Source of the DNA: Sphaerochaetaceae bacterium
Lineage (GTDB): Bacteria > Spirochaetota > Spirochaetia > Sphaerochaetales > Sphaerochaetaceae
Length of the DNA stretch: 64,000 bases
Direction: 5' to 3'
NCBI GenBank assembly: GCA_963606545.1
Contig: CAVCYP010000001.1
Coordinates: 1,613-65,612 of the forward strand
This document shows, piece by piece, positions 56,468 to 63,965 of the stretch (the stretch's first letter is position 1; every line of letters starts with the position of its first letter). The notes below the pieces were generated by a model, which was not told the DNA's origin, searched no databases, and saw only the letters and a program-made list of their open reading frames with translations. The position numbers and the translations under genes are program-made.

Positions 56468-56540
56468 ACTATAACCCAAGTGACTGTCAATGAAAAAAAC
56501 GCCTTTTTGAATAAAAATGTTGGGTATTGTTTTGGGTAAA

Positions 56541-56607
56541 GTGTGCGTTATGTGCGGGCGGCGCCGGGGGTAATGTGCGCGCTATGTGCGGGCGGCGCCG
56601 GGAGTAG
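56541..56607. repeat. GC-rich 34-bp tandem repeat x2, each unit containing the palindrome CGGCGCCG
   Basis: gtgtgcgttatgtgcgggcggcgccgggggtaat / gtgcgcgctatgtgcgggcggcgccgggagtag. I counted 48/67 G+C (72%) in an otherwise AT-rich intergenic region. Confidence 0.85.
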
Positions 56608-56626
56608 CACAGAGGTATGCGCCGAC

Positions 56627-56666
56627 AAAAAAAATCCCCGCAGGTTGGTACTCGCGGGGAATTTTT
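56627..56666 (-). terminator. Rho-independent terminator (A-run/hairpin/T-run, usable in both directions) after the 73-aa gene
   Basis: tccccgc (56635-56641) / gcgggga (56654-56660). On the minus strand the hairpin is followed by T8. Confidence 0.65.
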
Positions 56667-56701
56667 CACTCAACTTTTGAACTCAATTTTTGTGAGCAAA
56701 A

Positions 56702-56923
56702 TTATTTAACTTCTTCAGCCTTCTTAGCAGCTTCTTCAAGTCTCTCAGCAATCATCTTCTGATATTCAGCAGCCTTCTCAGGATTTGAAATCATGAAAGC
56801 CTTGCTATAGAAAACCTCTTCCGCTCTAAGCTCTTCTCTGACAACCGATGGTGGCAACATAATGTCAGTCTCAGTGTCCCAATAATAAGTGTCAATAATC
56901 TTTTTAATTTGTCTTTTTTTCAT
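56702..56923 (-). CDS. Small hypothetical protein (73 aa)
   Basis: ORF 17 nt downstream of the LacI-family gene on the same strand, followed by a terminator. No family recognised. Confidence 0.5.
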   Translation of the reverse strand: MKKRQIKKIIDTYYWDTETDIMLPPSVVREELRAEEVFYSKAFMISNPEKAAEYQKMIAERLEEAAKKAEEVK

Positions 56924-56940
56924 ACCCTAAGCGTAACATT

Positions 56941-57942
56941 TTAGTTAACGCTGGTCAATGAACTCTTTCGCGTAATAAGGCCAGGCTTCAACCTCACCAC
57001 CTCTAGGCTTTCCTCCACCCCTTCCAGCTTTTCCTTCAACAGTTTGGTAGCCGTGATGCCCATCTCCTCCAGCGGAAGCTCAATGGTCGTAATTGGAGTG
57101 CGCCAGAACAACGAAAAATCTCTGTTATCGCAGCCCACAAGCTTCAAATCCCGCGGACACAACTTACCAATCGACTCCGCATACGTCATAGCGCCGGCCG
57201 CCAGATAATCGTTTGCACAGAAAATCCCATCTACATCGGGATGCAGGGAGAAGAGCTTTTCTGCAAGCGTGTAGCCGGACTGGTACGTGTAATCACCATA
57301 CAGCACGCACCCCGTAGGCAACTTGGCGCCTTGCTCAACGATAGCCTGTTTGTACCCTTCATACCGATATTTTGTAGAAAGTCGGTCTTTTGGGCCACCG
57401 ATGAATGCCGGATGAGTTACTCCTTGAGCAAGCAAATGCTCCGCAGCAATGCGCCCCGCATAATGATTATCGGGCAGGACAGAGACCTCTTTGGGCACAT
57501 GGTTATTTATAAAAACCACAGGAAGCCCCGTCTTTGAAAACTCAGCAAGCGCCGTTGCATCAACAGAAAGATGATGGCATACCACAAGCCCTTCAACGCC
57601 ATAGCGCTGAAAATACTTACGCGCCTTCACGTAATCAGAGCCAAACTCCTCACCGGAGGCAATAAGCATAGAAAAATCATCTTCGCTCAGGCCCTTCTCC
57701 GCCCCTTTGAGGATCTTAGAGGAAAAGTCTTCTGTGATATCGACTGCAAAAAAACCAACAATCCCGGAGCGCCCCTTCCTGAGATGGCTAGCGCTGTAAG
57801 ACGGAATGTAGCCAAGTTCCTCAATGACTTTGAGAATTTTCTCCTTGTTCTCTTTGCTGACCGGCCGCTTGCCGTTAAGCGCATGCGTAACAGTACTTAC
57901 GCTAACTCCCGCCGCCTTTGCCACATCATTTATTGTTACCAT
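56941..57942 (-). CDS. LacI-family transcriptional regulator
   Basis: 333 aa. N-terminal HTH VTINDVAKAAGVSVSTVTHALNG and a periplasmic-binding-protein-like core. Confidence 0.9.
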   Translation of the reverse strand: MVTINDVAKAAGVSVSTVTHALNGKRPVSKENKEKILKVIEELGYIPSYSASHLRKGRSGIVGFFAVDITEDFSSKILKGAEKGLSEDDFSMLIASGEEFGSDYVKARKYFQRYGVEGLVVCHHLSVDATALAEFSKTGLPVVFINNHVPKEVSVLPDNHYAGRIAAEHLLAQGVTHPAFIGGPKDRLSTKYRYEGYKQAIVEQGAKLPTGCVLYGDYTYQSGYTLAEKLFSLHPDVDGIFCANDYLAAGAMTYAESIGKLCPRDLKLVGCDNRDFSLFWRTPITTIELPLEEMGITATKLLKEKLEGVEESLEVVRLKPGLITRKSSLTSVN

Positions 57943-57968
57943 ATATTTGAACCTCGTCTGTTTGCCTT

Positions 57969-58060
57969 TTTTGCCCTTCGTTGGCTTGCCATTTTTGATT
58001 GCCAGCCCTTCGCCGGCTTGCTCTTTGATTGTCAGCCCTTCGCAGGCTTGCGTTTTTAGC
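57969..58060. repeat. Noncoding tandem repeat, three units of 30-32 bp
   Basis: The core cccttcg(tt/cc/ca)ggcttgc recurs at 57974, 58006 and 58036. Units 2 and 3 (gccagcccttcgccggcttgctctttgatt / gtcagcccttcgcaggcttgcgtttttagc) are about 80% identical. Unit 1 is more diverged. Confidence 0.8.
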
Positions 58061-58080
58061 CCTTTTTTAAGATTTTTCTC

Positions 58081-58160
58081 AAAAAAAGTCTATTTTTGGC
58101 CCTTTTTGCCGTTTTTTTGCAAAAAAAGTCTATTTTTGGCCCTTTTTGCCGTTTTTTTGC
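58081..58160. repeat. Perfect 40-bp tandem duplication directly after the MFS gene stop
   Basis: aaaaaaagtctatttttggccctttttgccgtttttttgc at 58081-58120 is identical to 58121-58160. T-tracts fall at about 10-bp phase. Confidence 0.95.
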
Positions 58161-59332
58161 TAAAAATGTCCACTCTCTTTCTCTGCCTTCACCAATTTTA
58201 TCACCTGTAGAACCAACATAATAACCAAAGGAACCAAAATAGACCTCAAAGCAAAGTTCATGCTAACATTTTCAGCAAGATAACCAACAACATTTGGCAT
58301 TATAACAGCTCCCAAGGTAGCAACACCAATACAAATTCCAATAGCCGCCGTTGACTGTGAGAACTTCTTTTCCATAGTAGCCAGCGTTGTAGGATAAATT
58401 CCGCCCATTGAAAGGCCAATGCACAAAACACAAACTGTTGCTATTACAGAATTTGTAGTATTAACAAGAGCAACAGTAAACAGGGTCATACAAACACCAA
58501 GAAATAAGATAATGCGCTCTTTTTTCACCTTCTCTGAAACAACCACCGTCAAGAGCCTACTGACAAGAATCATCAGCCACAGCAAAGCCGACATTGCATT
58601 AGCAAAGGCACTTGGGAAAATCCCCTGGTTAATAAAGTAGGTAACCAACCAGCCCATAAAGGTAGTTTCAGCACAAAGATAACAGAACAAAATGAACGTA
58701 TTAAGCCAGAAGGAAAATGCTTTAGGAAAGGCTGAATCTTGTGACGCTTTAACGCTCTTTGTATTTGACAAATTAGATTTAGCCAGAAGAACCAGTGCCA
58801 CCGCCATTGCTAGGGCAATAATCAAGGCTGGAGTTCTCCAGCGCTGAGAGCCAAACAACACCACCAAAAACGGTGAAATGAAGGCCCCAATTGCAAAAGA
58901 GCCATGAAGTAAGTTTAGCCCTGCAACCTTATTTCCAGCAGTTTCACCAACAATTACGTTGGTAATATTACTCATGGTGCCCCTTCCAAGTCCTATTATC
59001 ACAAAGCAGACAAGCAGAACAATTGGATTTCCAATCAGCACAGAACCAATAAAGCCAATCACAATTCCAGAGCCCAAAAGTACGGTACTCTTCTTGCGCC
59101 CAATTGCAAAAGGCAGGTATCCAGAAAGCCACAACGCCAGGAGGTTCCCCACTTGATTTGCAGACAAAATAGTGCCCTGAAACGTAAGTGTGAGCCCATA
59201 TTCTTCAACAATACATGGCAATAAGGACCCCAAAACGTTGGCCATCATGCCAGATGCAAAAAAAGCAAAGTATGCCCTATACAGCAACGCACTGTTGTCC
59301 TTCTCAACTCCCAGAAACTTATCCAACTTCAT
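58160..59332 (-). CDS. MFS transporter
   Basis: About 390-aa polytopic protein (12 predicted TM by eye). The preferred ATG at 59332 (MKLDKFLG...) has GGAGG 10 nt upstream. The track ORF uses a TTG at 59371. Confidence 0.85.
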   Translation of the reverse strand: MKLDKFLGVEKDNSALLYRAYFAFFASGMMANVLGSLLPCIVEEYGLTLTFQGTILSANQVGNLLALWLSGYLPFAIGRKKSTVLLGSGIVIGFIGSVLIGNPIVLLVCFVIIGLGRGTMSNITNVIVGETAGNKVAGLNLLHGSFAIGAFISPFLVVLFGSQRWRTPALIIALAMAVALVLLAKSNLSNTKSVKASQDSAFPKAFSFWLNTFILFCYLCAETTFMGWLVTYFINQGIFPSAFANAMSALLWLMILVSRLLTVVVSEKVKKERIILFLGVCMTLFTVALVNTTNSVIATVCVLCIGLSMGGIYPTTLATMEKKFSQSTAAIGICIGVATLGAVIMPNVVGYLAENVSMNFALRSILVPLVIMLVLQVIKLVKAEKESGHF

Positions 59333-59563
59333 CTGCGCTATGCCTCCGCATAGCTTGAGTATATAACTCAAATCCTTCTCTTACAACAAAAGAAATGGGC
59401 GCTGTCTTTGATTCAAATGTATAAGCAGAAAAAAGAAAATCGCCAATAGTTCTTGCCGGACGCCATTGACGATGTTTCATAATCGATACTGGTAAAAGCA
59501 AGCCAACCGCAACGACGCAGTATACGGCCCAAAAGTCAGCCCAAAGGTCAGACCAACCCAATA

Positions 59564-59914
59564 TCAGGCATACACAATCAGCGCGACCATCTCAAATGGC
59601 TCATCGTACGGATTGTCCACAGCGTGACCCGTGCCACTAGGTGCGAACGTCACATCGCCCGGACCAATCTCAACCATGGTCCCGTTATCGCTGTAATTAG
59701 CCTTTCCAGAAAGCACATAGTAAATCTCCATATCGCCTTCATGCATATGAAAACCAATCCCCGAATGCGGCGCCACCGTGATATGCGAGAACATCCGGCC
59801 CTTCCCGTTCAGCTCCTCGTCCGTGTTCACCAGCTTCTTGCTTGTAATATAGCCGTCCGCCCCAAACCTGTGCTCCGTTCTAGTCTCAACTCTCTCATCT
59901 GCCTTTCTAACCAT
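59564..59914 (-). CDS. Cupin-domain protein
   Basis: Cupin motifs GIGFHMHEGDMEIYYVLSG and PSGTGHAV. The ATG at 59914 has GGAGG 7 nt upstream. The track ORF starts at a GTG at 59920. Confidence 0.75.
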   Translation of the reverse strand: MVRKADERVETRTEHRFGADGYITSKKLVNTDEELNGKGRMFSHITVAPHSGIGFHMHEGDMEIYYVLSGKANYSDNGTMVEIGPGDVTFAPSGTGHAVDNPYDEPFEMVALIVYA

Positions 59915-59984
59915 CTGCACGCCTCCTACAAATCAGCTCGTTCGCTTCCTATCATACACCGATTTCCCTTAGCTTAAGAAGTCC

Positions 59985-60410
59985 TTACATCAAACTCTCA
60001 AGCAAATTCTGGCAACCTTCAAGAATATCGGAATAGGCCTGCTCAAAATCACCGGTATACCACGGATCTGAAATTTCCCGGTCCAAAAGTAAGGAGACCT
60101 TACCAAGAGAATCATGGCCTATAATGCGCATGATGTTCGATAAATTATAGTGGTCCATCACTTTTATGACATCAAAATCCAGATAATCGGTTTTGGTAAA
60201 TTGGCGGGCGCGGTGCGTAAAGCCCGTGATGCCGTGGCGCTGAAGGGTGCGTTGAGCCGGCGGATAGACGCCGTTTCCAATCTCCTCCCGGCTGGTGGCG
60301 GCCGAGTCCACAATCACGTCAAGGCCAGCTTGACGCGCTAAGTTTTCAAAGACGGCCTGAGCCATAGGACTGCGGCAAATGTTGCCGTGACAAACAAACA
60401 TTATCTTCAT
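59985..60410 (-). CDS. Low-molecular-weight protein-tyrosine phosphatase
   Basis: 141 aa. Active site CHGNICRS (CX5R-S) near the N-terminus and an SDPWY D-loop. Confidence 0.9.
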   Translation of the reverse strand: MKIMFVCHGNICRSPMAQAVFENLARQAGLDVIVDSAATSREEIGNGVYPPAQRTLQRHGITGFTHRARQFTKTDYLDFDVIKVMDHYNLSNIMRIIGHDSLGKVSLLLDREISDPWYTGDFEQAYSDILEGCQNLLESLM

Positions 60411-60420
60411 AGATGCACCT

Positions 60421-60570
60421 TTATTTTATGCAAATTATAACTAGCTCTATCAACTTGCATTCTTTTAGTTTACCAAGCAAATCTCCTACACTTGAAACTT
60501 GAATACCGCAAATAGCCATAATATCTTTTCTACTAAAAAAATTAGCATCGCACAATGAGTCAAATAGCAT
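60421..60570 (-). pseudogene. AT-rich remnant resembling the C-terminal winged-HTH end of a larger protein
   Basis: The frame reads ...FLHQIKNFNGYSVSFNNLIMLFDSLCDANFFSRKDIMAICGIQVSSVGDLLGKLKECKLIELV*. The upstream part of the track ORF (60421..60756) overlaps the bicupin gene. One 60-nt line counted at 27% G+C. No convincing RBS. Confidence 0.3.
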
Positions 60571-60631
60571 TATAAGATTATTGAATGATACACTATAACC
60601 ATTAAAATTCTTAATCTGATGTAAAAAAACT

Positions 60632-61279
60632 TTACTCCAGCGACAGCAGGAGGGCCATTTTGAATTGGCCGTCAGCTTTGACGCTGTGTTTTCCGCCCTT
60701 GGCAAAGTGGAAGTTCTCGCCGGCCTGGATAGGATAATCCTTTCCCTCATAACCAATTACGCCCTTGCCTTCCAACGCAAAGACAATTGCCTCGCCCGGG
60801 GCCGCATGCTCGCTGAGAGCTGTACCCTCGTCAAAAGCCATGACGACAAACTTGGTTTTTGAATTTGAAAGGACATCGATATTTACTATGCTGTCCTTTC
60901 TGTACGGAACTAAATCCTTAAGTGCAAATACTTCACCAGCCTTTACTTTATCATTAATCATTGTTTCACTCCCTAGCTCTACTTCAACGTAGACTGCTCC
61001 ATTTTCTGTTTTTGTACCAACAGGAAGCCCTGTTGGCGTTATAATAGCGTAACCAAAGGATATCGGTTTTGAAAAAGAAGGGGAATAGAGGGAAAAAGTC
61101 CCGCCGGCAGCCAGAAGGAGCTTATTGTAGCCGTACTCTTCCGGCGAGATGTCTGTGCCGGCGCCCAGCGAAAAGTAGTATATGGAATTGTCCTCACTTA
61201 CCTTGCGCGAGATTGTGAGGCCGTCAATTGGCGCATTATCCGCACCAATAGAGAACACAATGCCTTCTTTCTCTTTCAT
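60632..61279 (-). CDS. Two-domain cupin (bicupin-like) protein
   Basis: 215 aa. C-terminal cupin (SEHAAPGEAIVFALEGKG...GENFHFAKGGKHSV) with a degenerate N-terminal copy. GGAGG RBS. Confidence 0.7.
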   Translation of the reverse strand: MKEKEGIVFSIGADNAPIDGLTISRKVSEDNSIYYFSLGAGTDISPEEYGYNKLLLAAGGTFSLYSPSFSKPISFGYAIITPTGLPVGTKTENGAVYVEVELGSETMINDKVKAGEVFALKDLVPYRKDSIVNIDVLSNSKTKFVVMAFDEGTALSEHAAPGEAIVFALEGKGVIGYEGKDYPIQAGENFHFAKGGKHSVKADGQFKMALLLSLE

Positions 61280-61303
61280 CCCAAGCCTCCAAAGCTATCA
61301 GCC

Positions 61304-61987
61304 TCAAACCAACAAAATAGTCAGCGCAATGAGTAGCTGTCCCACATAGTAGGAAAGCAAATTGATAGCTCTAAGTGGCTTTATCTTCTTGCCAAAGCTG
61401 TAATAAATCATGATGAAATCGCTGACCACAAACAAAAGAGCGCCAAGGGCAAAAATAAGGTTCATCTTGCTCACGTTGCCCAAAAGTAAATGCGTCAAGG
61501 CGCAGGAGAACATGCAAATGACCACCACAAGATAGACCCAGCCAAAAATCTTAAGCCCCTTGTTTGGCGCCGTAATGCGCTTCATAAGAGGTGGAATTGC
61601 TAAAATAGAAAGAACGGCGGTAATGCCAAGTGCCAACAGCACAATAGCCGAATCTAGGCTAATAAGTGCAGCTATGTAAAGGAAATGCCCAGAGAGAAAG
61701 AATAAAATCCCCAAAGCAAAGACCTTCATGGATTTGCCACCCTCAAAGAGATTGCGCATATTTAAGAAGATATCGCCCAGCAGGCCCAAAGCAAGACCCA
61801 CCAAAACCAGAGTTCCAAACGAACTTGCCTTTTCCAAGTAACACATCACCCCCAACAGCACAAAAAAAGCGCTTGCGCAACCCTTCAGTACCGTTGCCTT
61901 CAACATCTTCTTTGCATACTCTGTGGCGATAAACCAAATATCCACCAGAAGTCCAACACCCGCAATCATTAAAAGCTTAAAAGTCAT
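61304..61987 (-). CDS. YhhN-family (lysoplasmalogenase-like) membrane protein
   Basis: Polytopic. LGLLGDIFL, FLSGHFLYI and FVVSDFIMI fit the YhhN family. The preferred ATG at 61987 has GGAGG upstream and lies 1 nt after the upstream stop. The track ORF extends to 62065. Confidence 0.7.
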   Translation of the reverse strand: MTFKLLMIAGVGLLVDIWFIATEYAKKMLKATVLKGCASAFFVLLGVMCYLEKASSFGTLVLVGLALGLLGDIFLNMRNLFEGGKSMKVFALGILFFLSGHFLYIAALISLDSAIVLLALGITAVLSILAIPPLMKRITAPNKGLKIFGWVYLVVVICMFSCALTHLLLGNVSKMNLIFALGALLFVVSDFIMIYYSFGKKIKPLRAINLLSYYVGQLLIALTILLV

Positions 61988-61988
61988 C

Positions 61989-62753
61989 TTAGCCTCCAAT
62001 TCCTTTGTATTCAGTCTTAAGCTTCTCATAGCCTTCAATTGTACCAACATCAAACCTATGACCATTCATCAAAAAGGCGTACACAGGACGACGAGAGGCC
62101 AAATAAGAAACAAACGAACCCGGAGCGTCTACGCTGAGGCCCGATTCAACAGCTTCAGGCAACAACTCCAAATCCCTACCTTTATAATAATAGAAAGGAG
62201 GAACTGCCCAGTTGGACTTTGGCTCTTTTGGCTTTTCTTCCATGCTCAAAATGCGGTCGTTGTCATCTATTTCACAGACCCCTGTACGTCTGAGCCGCTC
62301 AACGTCCCCCTGATAGTGGCGCATGACACAGCTAGAAGCCTTTGAGCAAGCATAATCAATAAAAGCCTTGAAGGAAAAATCAAGAACGTTATCCCCTGCA
62401 AGAACAAGATAGTCTGAATCAAAAACCGCCTCAGGCTTGTCCCCTAAGGCATACTTTCCAATATAATCCAGAACAAACGAGATATCACACAACGCACCAA
62501 GTCTTGTTTCATTAGTATCAGTACCATCATCCAAAACGATGACCTCTGATTTATCAGAAGCCCAAGAGGCAAACTGAGAATAGAACTTGCTGTTAGTAAC
62601 TACATAAATCTGGTCTACCCCGCAGGAGAGAATATCAGATCTAAGCCAATCCAAAATTGGTTTTCCACCCACCTCAAGCAGAGGTTTTGGAAAATTCAAT
62701 GTAAGCGGATACATTCTAGTGGCGTATCCGGCCGCCAAAATAATACATTTCAT
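61989..62753 (-). CDS. Sugar-1-phosphate nucleotidyltransferase (NTP-transferase fold)
   Basis: 254 aa. N-terminal ILAAGYATRMYPLTLNFPKPLL (GxGTR-like) signature. Confidence 0.8.
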   Translation of the reverse strand: MKCIILAAGYATRMYPLTLNFPKPLLEVGGKPILDWLRSDILSCGVDQIYVVTNSKFYSQFASWASDKSEVIVLDDGTDTNETRLGALCDISFVLDYIGKYALGDKPEAVFDSDYLVLAGDNVLDFSFKAFIDYACSKASSCVMRHYQGDVERLRRTGVCEIDDNDRILSMEEKPKEPKSNWAVPPFYYYKGRDLELLPEAVESGLSVDAPGSFVSYLASRRPVYAFLMNGHRFDVGTIEGYEKLKTEYKGIGG

Positions 62754-62756
62754 AAT

Positions 62757-63965
62757 TTATCCCCTTGCAAAAGCCCCATCTGCAAAAGCCCCATCTACAC
62801 TTACTCCATCTGAACTCTCGCATAGATGGAAGGAATATTTACCCTCCAAAGCAGGAAACGCTTTCAAATATTTAGAGCCCACAAAGGCAGAAATCTCTTG
62901 GGCCTTTTCAGGATCGATAATTGCCATACAACAGCCCTTAAAACCTGCGCCAGAGAAGCGAGCCCCGTACACACCAGGTGCTTTGGTCAAAAGTTCATAC
63001 AATAGTTTAAGCTCATCACAGCCACATTCATAATTATATATAGAAGAACGGCCACTTTCAAAAACCAGCTGACCGTAGGCTTCAAGATCCCCCTTTCTCC
63101 AAAGCTCGGCACCTCGTTCTACTCTTCCAAACTCGGTAAAGTAATGCTCTGCACGTTTAGCCCAGACCTCCGGAAGCCGATTTTTATAGCTTTCAAAGGC
63201 TTCAAGTGGAACATTTCTTAATCTACTAGAATCAAAGGTTCCATACTCAAGTCCTGCATACGCCATAAGGGCATAGGCTGCAGCTTTGCACTCATCCTGT
63301 CTTAGATTGTAGGCACTGTTTTTCAAACTACGTTCAAGGCCAGAAAAGAAAATCCCAAATTTATAAGGTTTCATAGAACTAGAAGTTGGAATTAACTCAT
63401 AACTGTCATCCATTGTATCCAAGTACAAAAGCTGTCCCTTACGCGATAAAACTTCACAGCTTTGATCAAGCTTTCCGCAGGACACGCCAACGTACTCATT
63501 CTCCGCTGCCTTAGCTAGCAAAATCATTTCCATATCAGTCAGCTGAAGGCCATTAACAAGACACAAAGCTTTAAGAAAACAAATTATAACAGCTGCAGAA
63601 GAAGAAAGACCGCCAATTGGCAAACTTCCTTCAATTACACCGGAAAGGCCTATTCTCAAAGGATACTTATCTCCAAGAACCTTAGCTGCACCCCTTAAGT
63701 GGTCAGCCCAGTCGCCCTGTTTTTGCTCAGGAACAGCACTGACAAAGAACTGCGCTCGCTTGGGAAAGTTGAGCGACACCAGCTCAACAACCCCGTTTTG
63801 CTTGGGGTTGTAGGCAATGTGAATTCCCTTATCAATTGCAAAACCGTTAATTTTGCCCAGCTGGTGGTCAATGTGAGCCCCCAGTGGACAAATTCTATAT
63901 GGGCAAAAAGCCACTCCAAAAGGCTCTTTGTGGTATATCTTTTGAAAGACTTCAACACATTTCAT
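62757..63965 (-). CDS. GHMP-family sugar-1-kinase (galactokinase-like, atypical signature)
   Basis: 402 aa. GHMP motif II PIGGLSSSAA. The N-terminal motif CPYRICPLGAHIDHQLG stands in place of the classical galactokinase GEHxDY. Confidence 0.8.
   Translation of the reverse strand: MKCVEVFQKIYHKEPFGVAFCPYRICPLGAHIDHQLGKINGFAIDKGIHIAYNPKQNGVVELVSLNFPKRAQFFVSAVPEQKQGDWADHLRGAAKVLGDKYPLRIGLSGVIEGSLPIGGLSSSAAVIICFLKALCLVNGLQLTDMEMILLAKAAENEYVGVSCGKLDQSCEVLSRKGQLLYLDTMDDSYELIPTSSSMKPYKFGIFFSGLERSLKNSAYNLRQDECKAAAYALMAYAGLEYGTFDSSRLRNVPLEAFESYKNRLPEVWAKRAEHYFTEFGRVERGAELWRKGDLEAYGQLVFESGRSSIYNYECGCDELKLLYELLTKAPGVYGARFSGAGFKGCCMAIIDPEKAQEISAFVGSKYLKAFPALEGKYSFHLCESSDGVSVDGAFADGAFARG
62766..62795 (-). 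repeat. In-frame 15-bp tandem duplication at the 3' end of the kinase gene (DGAFA x2)
   Basis: tgcaaaagccccatc at 62766-62780 is identical to 62781-62795. Confidence 0.9.

Noticed and set aside
56487-56669. 60-aa ORF covering the GC-rich repeat
   Set aside because: The reading frame is produced by the GC-rich repeat itself (RRRPHIARTLPPAPPAH). It has no RBS and runs into the terminator hairpin.
57969-58160. CRISPR array
   Set aside because: The repeats are directly adjacent with no unique spacers. There are only 2-3 copies, there are two different unit types, and there are no cas genes.
57571-58210. Plus-strand ORFs 57571..58059 and 57824..58210, and an in-frame upstream extension of the LacI-family gene, all reading through the tandem repeats (QA(C/G)EGL(T/A)IK units)
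   Set aside because: The plus-strand ORFs are antisense to the LacI-family gene and consist of repeat-derived low-complexity sequence. The in-frame extension upstream of the LacI ATG contains no ATG/GTG/TTG start before reaching the repeats.
59319-59561. 80-aa ORF in the cupin-MFS spacer
   Set aside because: It has a TTG start with no SD and overlaps the MFS start in another frame. The sequence is dominated by the 12-bp duplication. No support for coding.
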